Shown here: positions 29,968 to 39,859 of the stretch, piece after piece
Position numbering within the stretch: position 1 is the stretch's first letter
Layout of the letters: each line of letters begins with the position of its first letter
Source of the DNA: an uncultured Bifidobacterium sp.
Lineage (GTDB): Bacteria > Actinomycetota > Actinomycetes > Nanopelagicales > Nanopelagicaceae
DNA length: 64,000 nucleotides
Direction: 5' to 3'
NCBI GenBank assembly: GCA_964561165.1
Contig: CAZLOJ010000001.1
Span: forward strand, 7,269 to 71,268
Program-made: the position numbers and the translations under genes
The notes under the pieces: model-generated
Told to the model about the DNA's origin: nothing
Databases searched by the model: none
What the model saw: the letters and a program-made list of their open reading frames with translations, nothing else

Positions 29968-30825
29968 ATGAGCGCCGCCGTTTCCCGTGAAACCAAAGCG
30001 GTTATCGGCACTCGCCGCCTCAGAGAGGCGATGGCCCCGCTCCCCAGAACGCGTGTAATTACGGTAGCTAATCAAAAAGGCGGGGTTGGTAAGACCACTA
30101 CTGCGGTAAATATCGGAGCTGCGCTCGCTATGGGCGGGCTAAAGGTTCTTCTCATCGATTTAGATCCGCAAGGAAATGCCAGTACTGCCTTCAACGTCGC
30201 TCATGACGAAGGAATTCCAGGTAGTTATGAGGTGTTGGTCGCTGGCGCTTCGCTAGCTTCAGTAAAGCAGCGCGCCGAGGGGTACCCACACCTCGATGTC
30301 GTTCCCGCCGGAGTGGATCTTGCTGGTGCAGAGATCGATCTCGTTGAGTTAGAGCGACGCGAATTCAAATTACGCGATGCCATCAACGCGTTAGTCGAGC
30401 GAGAGCGTTACGACTACATCGTGGTTGATTGTCCACCAAGTTTAGGTTTACTAACGCTCAATGCGCTGATCGCAGCACATGAATTATTAATTCCCATTCA
30501 ATGTGAGTATTACGCGCTTGAAGGCTTAACGCAATTAATAAAGATTATTTCGCTTGTAACAGAGAACACCAATCCAGAGTTACATATTGGTGCAATCCTC
30601 TTAACGATGTTTGATGGCAGAACTCGATTAGCACATGATGTTGCAAGCACTGTCCGTACACATTTTCCTAACGAAGTATTAACAACAGTGATACCGCGTG
30701 CAGTGCGTGTCAGTGAGGCGCCTTCATATGGACAGAGCGTAATGACATATGACATGTCATCACCAGGAGCGCTTGCATATCTTGCTGCGGCGCGTGAATT
30801 ACATGAGAAGGGACGTTTGTCATGA
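29968..30825 (+). CDS. parA: Chromosome partitioning ATPase ParA/Soj
   Basis: Deviant Walker A motif NQKGGVGKTT, 285 aa. Confidence 0.93.
   Translation: MSAAVSRETKAVIGTRRLREAMAPLPRTRVITVANQKGGVGKTTTAVNIGAALAMGGLKVLLIDLDPQGNASTAFNVAHDEGIPGSYEVLVAGASLASVKQRAEGYPHLDVVPAGVDLAGAEIDLVELERREFKLRDAINALVERERYDYIVVDCPPSLGLLTLNALIAAHELLIPIQCEYYALEGLTQLIKIISLVTENTNPELHIGAILLTMFDGRTRLAHDVASTVRTHFPNEVLTTVIPRAVRVSEAPSYGQSVMTYDMSSPGALAYLAAARELHEKGRLS
29979..29994. other. parS-like centromere site 2 (same 14-mer core as site 1, opposite orientation)
   Basis: cgtttcccgtgaaacc. The core gtttcccgtgaaac is the exact reverse complement of the site 1 core. It lies inside the parA 5' end. Confidence 0.65.
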
Positions 30826-31718
30826 GTACCCGTAAAGGTGGACTTGGTAGAGGGTTAGGTTCACTTATTCCCAGTGGTGAATCAAAACAACTCTCCTCCG
30901 TTGTTGCAGGAGTCCCAGTTGATATTGCTAATCTCAATCACATTCCAATTCGTTCAATCGCACCTAATCCGCGTCAACCGCGAACAGTCTTTGACGAAGA
31001 GAAGATGTCAGAACTCATTACATCGATTAAAGAGGTCGGTGTATTACAACCTCCGGTAGTGCGTTCCATTGGTGATGGTCGTTTCGAATTAATTATGGGT
31101 GAGCGTCGATTGCGTGCAGCGAAAGCGGCGGGCTTAACGGAGATTCCGGTCATTATTCGTCAGACGCCAGATGATCAATTGTTGCGCGAAGCGTTACTTG
31201 AGAATATCCACCGCTCTGAACTCAATGCCTTGGAAGAGGGCGCTGCGTATGAGCAATTGCTTAACGATTTTAATTACACGCATGATGAATTAGCCCAAAA
31301 AATTGGGCGTTCTCGACCACATATCTCGAACACGCTCCGTCTGCTGCAACTTCCTCCGAGCGTGCAGCGACGAGTGGCAGCAGGCGTTCTCTCTGCAGGT
31401 CATGCTCGTGCACTCTTGGCGCTTGGCGATTCTGCGGCAATGGAGCGGTTAGCAAATCGAATCGTCACCGAAGGGTTAAGCGTTCGCGCTGTCGAAGAGA
31501 TCATTTCAGTCGGTGTCAAAGGCGGGAAGAAGAAGAGCGCAACGAGTAAAAGTAAGAGCGTCTCACCCGAACTAGCTGAGCTTGCTGAAGAGTTGGGTGA
31601 TTTCCTCAACACTCGAGTAACTATTGATAAAGCTACTGGGAAGAGCAACGGAAAGATTATTATCGAGTTTGCATCAGGTGAAGATTTACGTCGAATCATC
31701 GAAGAGATTGAGGGGTAG
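30822..31718 (+). CDS. parB: Chromosome partitioning protein ParB/Spo0J
   Basis: ParB box GERRLRAA, an HTH, and a C-terminal dimerisation region. 4-nt overlap with parA. Confidence 0.93.
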   Translation: MSTRKGGLGRGLGSLIPSGESKQLSSVVAGVPVDIANLNHIPIRSIAPNPRQPRTVFDEEKMSELITSIKEVGVLQPPVVRSIGDGRFELIMGERRLRAAKAAGLTEIPVIIRQTPDDQLLREALLENIHRSELNALEEGAAYEQLLNDFNYTHDELAQKIGRSRPHISNTLRLLQLPPSVQRRVAAGVLSAGHARALLALGDSAAMERLANRIVTEGLSVRAVEEIISVGVKGGKKKSATSKSKSVSPELAELAEELGDFLNTRVTIDKATGKSNGKIIIEFASGEDLRRIIEEIEG

Positions 31719-31720
31719 CC

Positions 31721-32605
31721 ATGGCTCTGTTCGAAGCAACGCCAATCGCGGGTTCGAAATCTGGTTTAGGTGAAGGAACGCTCTGGGATGAACGGCGAAA
31801 AAGTTTTCTCTGGGTCGATGTCCTTGATGGATACATCAAGGAGTATCTGCCAACAACAAAAGAGATCATCGCCCATAAAGTAGGGGATTTCGTCAGTTAT
31901 GTTGGCAAGCGGAAAGCTGGAGGTTATGTAATTGCGCTTGGTAATCGCCTTGCCGTCACCGACGAGAATTTCACTATTTCACAAGAGGTCGATATGCATA
32001 TCGATCGAAAAATTGGCCAGACCAATGATGGGAATATAGATTCCTGCGGCTGTCTCTGGATTGGCGTAGCCGAAGCTGTCGAAGGCTCGAAAGCTGGAGA
32101 TCTACGACGAATTGACCATCACTTCACATCCAGTACCCATCGTACAAAGGTGCAAATTTCAAACGGCATCGATTGGTCCTTAGATGGAACGATTATGTAT
32201 TACATTGATTCGGCAACTAGAGAGATTTCGTGTTATCAATTTGATCCACAAAGAGGAGCAATTGTTGGCCAATTGCCAGCAATCGATGTTAGTGATGTAA
32301 CGGGCGTTCCTGATGGCATGTGTACCGATTCCGAAGGCAACCTGTGGGTGGCTTTCTGGGGGTGTGGCCAGGTGCGTAATTACTCTCCGGAGGGCGATTT
32401 ATTGAACATCGTGCAAGCGCCAACTGCCCTGACTACCTGCCCATCATTTGGTGGAGCAGATCTCAAGACGATGTTCATCACATCTGCGCAAGATCACTAT
32501 CAACCAGAGTTTGCCTTCGATGCGCAGAACGATAAATACGGTGGGATGTGTTTTGAAGTTGAATTACCAATTGCCGGCAAGCTCGATAACTACTTTTTAG
32601 GCTAA
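31721..32605 (+). CDS. SMP-30/gluconolactonase/LRE-like beta-propeller protein
   Basis: 294 aa with motifs EGTLWD, NDGN and PDGMCTDSEGNLWVA. Confidence 0.8.
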   Translation: MALFEATPIAGSKSGLGEGTLWDERRKSFLWVDVLDGYIKEYLPTTKEIIAHKVGDFVSYVGKRKAGGYVIALGNRLAVTDENFTISQEVDMHIDRKIGQTNDGNIDSCGCLWIGVAEAVEGSKAGDLRRIDHHFTSSTHRTKVQISNGIDWSLDGTIMYYIDSATREISCYQFDPQRGAIVGQLPAIDVSDVTGVPDGMCTDSEGNLWVAFWGCGQVRNYSPEGDLLNIVQAPTALTTCPSFGGADLKTMFITSAQDHYQPEFAFDAQNDKYGGMCFEVELPIAGKLDNYFLG

Positions 32606-32620
32606 CTAAATCTGGTTTTT

Positions 32621-33880
32621 CTAGTTTTTTAGCGCCTTATTGGTTTCGCCACCGCGACGAGAGATTTCTTCTTTGATGACGCCACCAAGAGCTTCGACAC
32701 CTTTGCGAATTCGCTCTGGAGTGGGGTGGCAGTACGACAACCGCATCTGCCAGCTGCCAAATCCATCAGCGTAAAAAGCAGTTCCTGGCACGTAAGCAAC
32801 CTTTGCCGCAATGGCGCGTGGCACGAGCAACTTCGTATCTATCTCTGGTGGCAAAGTGACCCAAACATAGAAGCCACCCTTTGGCTTGGTCCATGTTGCG
32901 CTCGCCGGGAAGTGGGCATCGAGAGTTTCAAGCATTGCATCGCGACGTTCTTTGTATAGCGCACAAAATGATGCAATTTGATCGCGCCATGGTTCATGTG
33001 CGAGATAGCTCGAGATGGTTAATTGTGCGAAGTTAGATGGACAGAGCACCGATGATTCATTGGCGATGATTAACTTCTCTTTTACTCCTTGTGGAACGAG
33101 CGCCCAACCTACGCGAAGTCCAGGAACAATCGTCTTAGAGAAAGAGCCTAAATAAATAACATTTTCGTGGTCTTCGGCACGCATTGCGTTGGGAACAGCC
33201 TGATCGAAACCAAGTAATCCATAGGGATTATCTTCAACGACGAAGATTTCGGATTCGCGACAGATGTCGAGAATCTCGGTACGTCGTGATGCTGGCATTG
33301 TTACGCCAGATGGATTTTGGAAATTCGGGATGCAATAGAGGAATTTAATTTTGCCACCAGCTGCACGTACCTTCGTGATTGCTTCAGTAAGCGCGGCTGG
33401 GATGAGCCCTTTGTCATCGATTGCAACGTGGACTACTTGCGATTGATACTGTGCAAAGACGCCGAGCGCACCGACGTAAGAGGGCGCTTCAACGAGAATA
33501 ACATCGCCTGGATCGATGAAGATTCGAGTGATGAGATCAAGGGCTGCTTGCGATCCGGTAGTAATGACAACATCATCGCTCTTCGCGCGAATACCTTCCA
33601 GCGCCATCATCTCGCAGATTTGCTCACGTAATCGAGGGTGGCCTTGGCCGCTTCCGTATTGAAGCGCTTCTTGGCCATTATCAATAATTAATTTTTTAAC
33701 GACATCAGCCATCATCTCCATCGGTAGTGCGGAGAGATTGGGCATACCACCAGCAAGCGAGACGATTTCGGGGCGAGAGGCTACGGCGAAGAGTGAGCGA
33801 ATCTCGCTAGGGACCATGCGGGCAGCGCGCTGCGCATATCGCGCAGTGAGATTCTCCTCGTGCGGGACCAACTTCGACAT
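32621..33880 (-). CDS. PLP-dependent aminotransferase (class I/II fold, 2-aminoadipate/aromatic type)
   Basis: 419 aa with the PLP-lysine motif SFSKTIVPGLRVGW and NPSG. Confidence 0.85.
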   Translation of the reverse strand: MSKLVPHEENLTARYAQRAARMVPSEIRSLFAVASRPEIVSLAGGMPNLSALPMEMMADVVKKLIIDNGQEALQYGSGQGHPRLREQICEMMALEGIRAKSDDVVITTGSQAALDLITRIFIDPGDVILVEAPSYVGALGVFAQYQSQVVHVAIDDKGLIPAALTEAITKVRAAGGKIKFLYCIPNFQNPSGVTMPASRRTEILDICRESEIFVVEDNPYGLLGFDQAVPNAMRAEDHENVIYLGSFSKTIVPGLRVGWALVPQGVKEKLIIANESSVLCPSNFAQLTISSYLAHEPWRDQIASFCALYKERRDAMLETLDAHFPASATWTKPKGGFYVWVTLPPEIDTKLLVPRAIAAKVAYVPGTAFYADGFGSWQMRLSYCHPTPERIRKGVEALGGVIKEEISRRGGETNKALKN

Positions 33881-33916
33881 GGGTGAACTTTACCCTGCCG
33901 AGATGGTGGGATTTTC

Positions 33917-35053
33917 CTATTTCCGTAGACCAGCTTTACGAAGATCGGCGATAGAGAGCGTGCCCGTTGCGGCATCTTCTTCAACCGCTAAATAGAGGCG
34001 TTGAATTGCAACAACAAGCGCCTCGGCGAGGGTATCTCGGAAGGCAGCACGGGCGAGTTTGGTCGCATCAGACTCGTTACTTAAGTAGCCACAATCAACG
34101 CGAATTGCTGGAGCTTTTGTTAATCGGAGCAACTCCCAGGTGCGGGCGTGCGTCCGACAATTAATCAGATCTGTTCTGGCAGATATCTCGCGTTGGACCA
34201 GGGTGGCAAGTTTTTCGCCAACCACTGAGTGAATCTCGTGTGCATCACTGCCGTAATAGTACGTAGCAACACCTGACGCGAGTGGATTTTTTTGGTGCTC
34301 AAGATGTAATGAGAGAACTAGATCTGCCCCACTCCTATTTGCGAAATCAATCCGCTCTAATTCGGAAGGGTTGGTCTCTTTGCCGCGAGTTAAAAAGGTT
34401 CGCACACCGAGCGCAGATAATCGACCTTCGAGGCGTTGCGCTATATCGAGGACAATTTGCGCTTCGTTGAGTCCAAATGCTTCGCAACCTTTAGCGTCAC
34501 CACCAAAACTTGGGTCAAGTACGATTACTTTTCCATTGAGAGCTGGCCCGCGTCTTCGGACGAGATATTCATCGCGCAGGTTTGCCGGTGCGCCACCTTT
34601 GACGGTTCCTACTAAACGAATTAACGCCTTATACGTGCCAACGCCAACGATTCCATCGGATGCGAGACCAACTTGTCGTTGGAAATCTTTTACTGAGTTC
34701 TCAGTGAGGACGCCATAGATGCCATCGATTCGTCCGCAATCGAATCCCATCTCAGTCAGTCGTTGTTGCAGAGTTGTAACATCATCACCGCGCATGAGCG
34801 CACCAGGTGTGACAGAGAGATTGCGATCGCCTAACCGCCAGCGAGCCTCTTCCAACGCTCGGTATGTGCTACGCGTTAAGACACCGTCCGCCGAAAGTCC
34901 GCGAGATTGTTGGAAGTGTGCCAGCGCTGTAACGACATCATCATCAAACGAGGTAGGTGAATTTCGGAGTAAACCAAGGCGCGCAAGCGAGGCGATTACT
35001 TCAGTGACAACTTGACCGCTATCACCAGGCTTTGCCAGCGCCTCATCAACCAC
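33917..35053 (-). CDS. cwlM: N-acetylmuramoyl-L-alanine amidase-like protein with two PG-binding repeats (CwlM type)
   Basis: Two PG_binding_1-like repeats (ALAHFQQSRGLSADGVL, VKDFQRQVGLASDGIV) plus an Amidase_3 domain. It holds the conserved position next to trxA/trxB. Confidence 0.85.
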   Translation of the reverse strand: MVDEALAKPGDSGQVVTEVIASLARLGLLRNSPTSFDDDVVTALAHFQQSRGLSADGVLTRSTYRALEEARWRLGDRNLSVTPGALMRGDDVTTLQQRLTEMGFDCGRIDGIYGVLTENSVKDFQRQVGLASDGIVGVGTYKALIRLVGTVKGGAPANLRDEYLVRRRGPALNGKVIVLDPSFGGDAKGCEAFGLNEAQIVLDIAQRLEGRLSALGVRTFLTRGKETNPSELERIDFANRSGADLVLSLHLEHQKNPLASGVATYYYGSDAHEIHSVVGEKLATLVQREISARTDLINCRTHARTWELLRLTKAPAIRVDCGYLSNESDATKLARAAFRDTLAEALVVAIQRLYLAVEEDAATGTLSIADLRKAGLRK

Positions 35054-35056
35054 GGC

Positions 35057-35380
35057 TTAAATGAAACCTTCGAGTTCCTTCATGATTGCTGGCTTCGGAC
35101 GAGCTCCGATAATGGTCTTCACGACCTGGCCATTAACGAAGAGATTCATTGTAGGAATCGAAGTGATTCCGTACTTGATAGCAATTGCGCTCTCTTCATC
35201 GGTATTGAGTTTCACGATTTTAATCTTTGCCGAGTGCTCGGTGGCGATCTCTTCAAGAATCGGCGCGACTGCGCGGCATGGCCCGCACCATTCAGCCCAA
35301 AAATCAACTAGTACTGGAGTACTGCTCTTTAATACCTCTGCGTCAAATGTCGCGGTGGTAACTGGTTTTGTTGCGCCCAT
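35057..35380 (-). CDS. trxA: Thioredoxin
   Basis: 107 aa with active site WCGPC. Confidence 0.93.
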   Translation of the reverse strand: MGATKPVTTATFDAEVLKSSTPVLVDFWAEWCGPCRAVAPILEEIATEHSAKIKIVKLNTDEESAIAIKYGITSIPTMNLFVNGQVVKTIIGARPKPAIMKELEGFI

Positions 35381-35409
35381 CGTCTCTCCTCTTATCTATA
35401 GTGAAAACT

Positions 35410-36366
35410 CTAGTGCCCGGCCAGGAATCGTTCAGCATCTAACGCTGCCGCACACCCAGATCCGGCGGCGGTAATCGCCTGGCGGTAGGTGTGGTCGACC
35501 AAATCACCACACGCGAAAACCCCTTTGAGGTTGGTGGCAGTGCCAGCGCGACCTGCGCCACCAACAATCACATAACCCTCACCATCAAGTTCTACCTGTC
35601 CTGCGACAAGCTCGCTACGAGGATCGTGACCAATTGCAACAAATAAACCTGTGACATCAAGAGTTCCCTCCGTGCCATCAACAGTGCTCTTAATTTTTAA
35701 TCCGGTGACTTTCTCATCACCAAGAACATCAATCACTTCGGTATTCCATAAGAATTCAATTTTTGGATTTGCCTTGGCACGGTCAGCCATAATCTTAGAT
35801 GCGCGGAGTGAATCACGACGGTGCACAAGAATTACCTTCTCAGCAAAGCGAGTGAGGAAATTCGCTTCTTCCATCGCACTATCGCCACCACCAACCACTG
35901 CAATTACTTGATTGCGGAAGAAGAAGCCATCGCATGTGGCACACCACGAGACACCGCGTCCAGAGAGCCGTTTTTCATTCTCTAGCCCGATCTCACGATA
36001 CGCAGAACCGGTAGCGAGAATTACAGCTTTCGCGCGAACCTCGTTGCCACTTCCATCCTTGAGTACCTTTACATCACCATCGAGTGTCATTTCGACTATG
36101 TCATCGGTGACTATGTCGACATCAAAGCGCGCGGCCTGTTTACGCATCGCATCCATGAGGTCTGGCCCCATGATGCCCTCTGGAAACCCTGGGAAATTCT
36201 CAACCTCAGTGGTATTCATAAGCGCCCCACCGGCAGTTACTGAACCTTCATAGAGCAGGGGCTGTAATTGGGCTCGCCCTGCATATACGCCTGCGGTATA
36301 TCCGGCTGGTCCCGATCCGACGATAACAACCTCTCGGATAATCGGTGCGCTATTCATACCCGCCAT
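35410..36366 (-). CDS. trxB: Thioredoxin-disulfide reductase
   Basis: Redox site CATCDG, plus GSGPAGYTA and [10 protein letters not shown] dinucleotide motifs. Confidence 0.93.
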   Translation of the reverse strand: MAGMNSAPIIREVVIVGSGPAGYTAGVYAGRAQLQPLLYEGSVTAGGALMNTTEVENFPGFPEGIMGPDLMDAMRKQAARFDVDIVTDDIVEMTLDGDVKVLKDGSGNEVRAKAVILATGSAYREIGLENEKRLSGRGVSWCATCDGFFFRNQVIAVVGGGDSAMEEANFLTRFAEKVILVHRRDSLRASKIMADRAKANPKIEFLWNTEVIDVLGDEKVTGLKIKSTVDGTEGTLDVTGLFVAIGHDPRSELVAGQVELDGEGYVIVGGAGRAGTATNLKGVFACGDLVDHTYRQAITAAGSGCAAALDAERFLAGH

Positions 36367-36421
36367 ACTATCGAGAACGCTTATTAATCTCGTCCTATTC
36401 CTGTTGGGACGGCCACGTCTC

Positions 36422-38062
36422 TTACTTTCGCCGGAATTTTGCCACTAATTCGCGATAAAGCGTTGTGATTTCCTCCACTTTGGCAGCGCGCCCACCATAT
36501 ATATAGGTAATTGCAAACACAGAGCCACCGATAACAAGCGCGCAGCAGGTACTGAGCAAACCAGAGCCCGCCCAACTTGTGATTGCTGTGAAGAGTGCGA
36601 AACCAGGAGCGATAGCGATGACAGAGAGCGTCAAGAGCTTTATGTGCGTGACTAAGAGCGCCCGTTTCGGGAATTGCCCAACTCTTCGCTCAAGAGTGCG
36701 CACAGAGAGCGCAGTGCCAAGGAAATTACTCACGCCAAGAATTACAGCGAGTGCGATAGTCACATATTGGAACGGGATAAAAATTTCGGCGATGATAGCA
36801 AGAGCCATCATCAAGCCAGTGGCGAATAAGTTGATGATTACCGGACTCTTCGTATCTTCGTACGCATAAAAACCACGAAGCAGCAGCGGCATAGTGCTAA
36901 AAGGAATCAATCCAATTGCAAATCCAGCAAGGACAAATCCAATCTGCCGTGAGTCTGCAGCGCTACTTCCCGCATAAAGAATTGATGCTATGGCTGTACC
37001 AAAGGCGATGAAGAGCACAGTACTTGGCGCAGTGGCAACAGCGATATTCCGCAATGAATCGACAAGGTTCTTTTTTACCGCTTCACCGTCTCCTTCATGT
37101 GCGAGTCGGGATATTTTTGGCAGGAGCGCGGTGATGACGGAAACAGTAATGATCGAATGCGGCAGGATAAAAATAAAATAGGCGTATGAGTACGGAGTAA
37201 ATCCAACTCCTGTTGTGACTCCCTCGATCTTTGCTTGCACCGCCGCCGAAGTGGCGACTTTTACGATAATTAAGTAGCCAATTTGATTAATCAGTACGAA
37301 AAGAAGCGTCCAACCCCCTAACCGGAATGATTTTCCAAGATTGGAATTTCGCCAATCAAATCGGAGCGCGAGCTTTAGGCCAGAGTTCTTAACTACCGGT
37401 ATCAATACGAGCGCTTGAACGATAAAGCCGACCGTTGTTCCGATACCAAGTAACGCGCTTTGCGCAGAGGTTATGGTTGCAGCGGTGATATCAGGCGCGA
37501 TGCGCAAGAAAATTAACAAAACAGCGATTCCTACTAAGTTATTGAGAACTGGCGCCCACATCATGGGGCCAAATTTTCCGCGCGCATTTCCAATCTGAGA
37601 GAGAATGACAAATATTCCCATCATCAGGATTTGGGGTAAGCAATAGCGCATAAATGTGATTGTGAGTGAGCGCTCTGTTTCAAAACCAGGTAAGGAGAAT
37701 TTAGGGGCATAGATTCGAGTGATAAGCGGAGCCAGAACCATACCCAGGGCCGTGATAAACATCAGTAGCGAAGCAACAGAGGTGAGTAGACGCGATGCGA
37801 ATGCCGAACCACCATCATCATCTTCCCGCATGGAGCGGACTAATTGCGGAACGAAGACTGCATTAAGCGCTCCACCGGCGAGCAAAATGTAGAGAATTGT
37901 GGGAATCGTATTTGCGACATTGAAGGTATCTGCAAAGAGTGCAGTTCCGAGAGCTGCAACGGTAAGTAAGTTTCGTATTAAACCGGTGAAACGAGAGACG
38001 ATGGTGCCCGCGGCCATGATTGCAGAGGATTTAATGAAGTCTGAATTATCTTCGCTCATCAA
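36422..38062 (-). CDS. murJ: Lipid II flippase MurJ/MviN (flippase domain only)
   Basis: 546 aa with about 14 TM segments and a MurJ N-terminal pattern ([23 protein letters not shown]). Confidence 0.9.
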   Translation of the reverse strand: MMSEDNSDFIKSSAIMAAGTIVSRFTGLIRNLLTVAALGTALFADTFNVANTIPTILYILLAGGALNAVFVPQLVRSMREDDDGGSAFASRLLTSVASLLMFITALGMVLAPLITRIYAPKFSLPGFETERSLTITFMRYCLPQILMMGIFVILSQIGNARGKFGPMMWAPVLNNLVGIAVLLIFLRIAPDITAATITSAQSALLGIGTTVGFIVQALVLIPVVKNSGLKLALRFDWRNSNLGKSFRLGGWTLLFVLINQIGYLIIVKVATSAAVQAKIEGVTTGVGFTPYSYAYFIFILPHSIITVSVITALLPKISRLAHEGDGEAVKKNLVDSLRNIAVATAPSTVLFIAFGTAIASILYAGSSAADSRQIGFVLAGFAIGLIPFSTMPLLLRGFYAYEDTKSPVIINLFATGLMMALAIIAEIFIPFQYVTIALAVILGVSNFLGTALSVRTLERRVGQFPKRALLVTHIKLLTLSVIAIAPGFALFTAITSWAGSGLLSTCCALVIGGSVFAITYIYGGRAAKVEEITTLYRELVAKFRRK

Positions 38063-39216
38063 CCCCTCCTAGTTTTTTGCGAGCGACCCTGATGATCCTG
38101 ATTCGACGTTCTTCGGGCGCGGCGATAAATCTGAATTCCACTAGCTCCTACGAGAAGTATTCCAGCCCCAACCATCACCCAGGTGATGACAGGGCCAATC
38201 ATTGAGATAGTGAACTGAAGTGAACTAGATTCACCATAACGTGCACCATTGACTGTCTCAAGTCTCGCCTCGACACGCACCTTTCCATTTGCGACTGCTT
38301 TTCCAGTAATGAGTACTTGCTTTCGAGAGTTTTCGGCGAGTGTTACGCGTTTTGCGGTGTCGATAACAATTCGGGCATTCTCAGCATGCAGAATGAGGAC
38401 CACCTCGGCTGGCGCTGCGAACTCATTAACGATGGTGATGGGGATCTCTTCGTTCGTTGAAGTAAGTGTGTATGTCCCGGGCAGAACTTTTACTTTTCTC
38501 TCAAGTCGATCGACGGTTCCGTTGAGCGAAATCGCCAGGTATTGCACTTGTTTCTGCGAAAGTTCCGGGTTTAAAAGCGCATTGCTCCGAAGGGCTATCT
38601 CTGAGACTTCTGTATCTGCGGTGATCGTTCCGATTTTATTTAATGTCTTATTAAGTACCGAGAAAGAGTTTTTTGCCCGGCTAGAGAGCTCCTTTTTACT
38701 TAGTGAAAGCGCATCGGGAAGCCCAGCAGAGACTGGAATATCGAGTGCACGAGCAAGGCGTAAGGCGCTAATGCTTTGAATTTGGGCTAGCTCTGCATCG
38801 GAAATCTTCTTGCGCACCGCTAGATCTGGTGATCCGTAAGGCAATGCGTGAACTTGGCCATCGCCTATTGATGTGCGCAGTAGCGCTAGGAAAGCCTTTG
38901 CCGATTCAACAGATTTTCCCTCGGTATTGGGTAGCACGGTGTAGCCATCGCTCATGTCAATAATCTCTTCGATTAGTTGAGGATCAATGACCCAGAGCGC
39001 GTTCTTTGGAGCATCGCTTACTTGCTGATAAAGCTCACCAAAGTAAGAGATCGATTCACCAAGAGTATCGTCGGTGAATTTTCCATTGACTTCACGATGG
39101 AAAATATCTGAGATCACAATTATTGGCGGAGTAGTGGCTCCGGCGCTCAAACTCATGGACTGTAATGGAAAAAAAGTGAGTGCAAGGATTGCGAATGCAG
39201 TGAACTTTTGCTTCAT
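38059..39216 (-). CDS. Exported, C-terminally TM-anchored protein of unknown function (DUF6049-like, murJ-associated)
   Basis: Signal peptide, C-terminal TM (ITWVMVGAGILLVGASGIQIY) plus a basic tail. 4-nt overlaps with both neighbours. The position matches the mycobacterial Rv3909 neighbourhood (recalled). Confidence 0.5.
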   Translation of the reverse strand: MKQKFTAFAILALTFFPLQSMSLSAGATTPPIIVISDIFHREVNGKFTDDTLGESISYFGELYQQVSDAPKNALWVIDPQLIEEIIDMSDGYTVLPNTEGKSVESAKAFLALLRTSIGDGQVHALPYGSPDLAVRKKISDAELAQIQSISALRLARALDIPVSAGLPDALSLSKKELSSRAKNSFSVLNKTLNKIGTITADTEVSEIALRSNALLNPELSQKQVQYLAISLNGTVDRLERKVKVLPGTYTLTSTNEEIPITIVNEFAAPAEVVLILHAENARIVIDTAKRVTLAENSRKQVLITGKAVANGKVRVEARLETVNGARYGESSSLQFTISMIGPVITWVMVGAGILLVGASGIQIYRRARRTSNQDHQGRSQKTRRG

Positions 39217-39836
39217 GCGCGTAGGTCTCCAGAGCGCTGGATTAACTTTCGTTCGTCCGGGTAGGCCAGTGTTTTGGCAATGTTATCGAGAGGAAACCAT
39301 TGCACAGCATCGACCTCTGTGACTTGTGGTTCGAGCGTTCCAGATATCTCGGAGAAGAGGAAGTGATGAACGGTCTTATGAATTCGCTTGCCTTCAGCCA
39401 TAAACCAGAAATCGATTACGCCAAGCGATCGCGTGATGGAACTTTTGATTCCAGTTTCTTCAAGTACTTCACGAAGCGCAGCATCTTCAGGACTCTCTCC
39501 TGCTTCGATATGCCCTTTAGGCAGTGACCAGAGCATTCGACCACGTTTATCAATTCTTCCAATCAGCAATCCTTGCTCACCACTTTTATCAACGACTAAT
39601 CCACCGGCACTGACCTCTTCCACTCGCTTGCCTGGATTCGGATTTTTATTGACGCGCTTTTTCGGTGGATTGGTTTTCGCGCCTGGTCGGTTCGGCCCAG
39701 GTTTTTTTCCAGCGCGCGGCCGCTTGGAGCGGGGCTTGCGAGCAGCCGCAATAACTGAAGGGTTAGGCGAGGAGGGCGAAGCGGTTGGTGCAATAAAAAC
39801 CGGCTCGAGCCCGCCCTCACCCGAGGTCCGGGACAT
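39213..39836 (-). CDS. NUDIX hydrolase with a basic Pro/Lys-rich N-terminal extension
   Basis: NUDIX box GHIEAGESPEDAALREVLEETG. The N-terminus reads KPRSKRPRAGKKPGPNRPGAKTNPPKKRVNKNPNPGKR. Confidence 0.85.
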   Translation of the reverse strand: MSRTSGEGGLEPVFIAPTASPSSPNPSVIAAARKPRSKRPRAGKKPGPNRPGAKTNPPKKRVNKNPNPGKRVEEVSAGGLVVDKSGEQGLLIGRIDKRGRMLWSLPKGHIEAGESPEDAALREVLEETGIKSSITRSLGVIDFWFMAEGKRIHKTVHHFLFSEISGTLEPQVTEVDAVQWFPLDNIAKTLAYPDERKLIQRSGDLRA

Positions 39837-39859
39837 AGCCCTACCTTACCCGCGTACCC

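Noticed and set aside
35061-35474. 137-aa plus-strand ORF over trxA
   Set aside because: It is antisense to thioredoxin (WCGPC active site on the other strand), so it is a shadow ORF.
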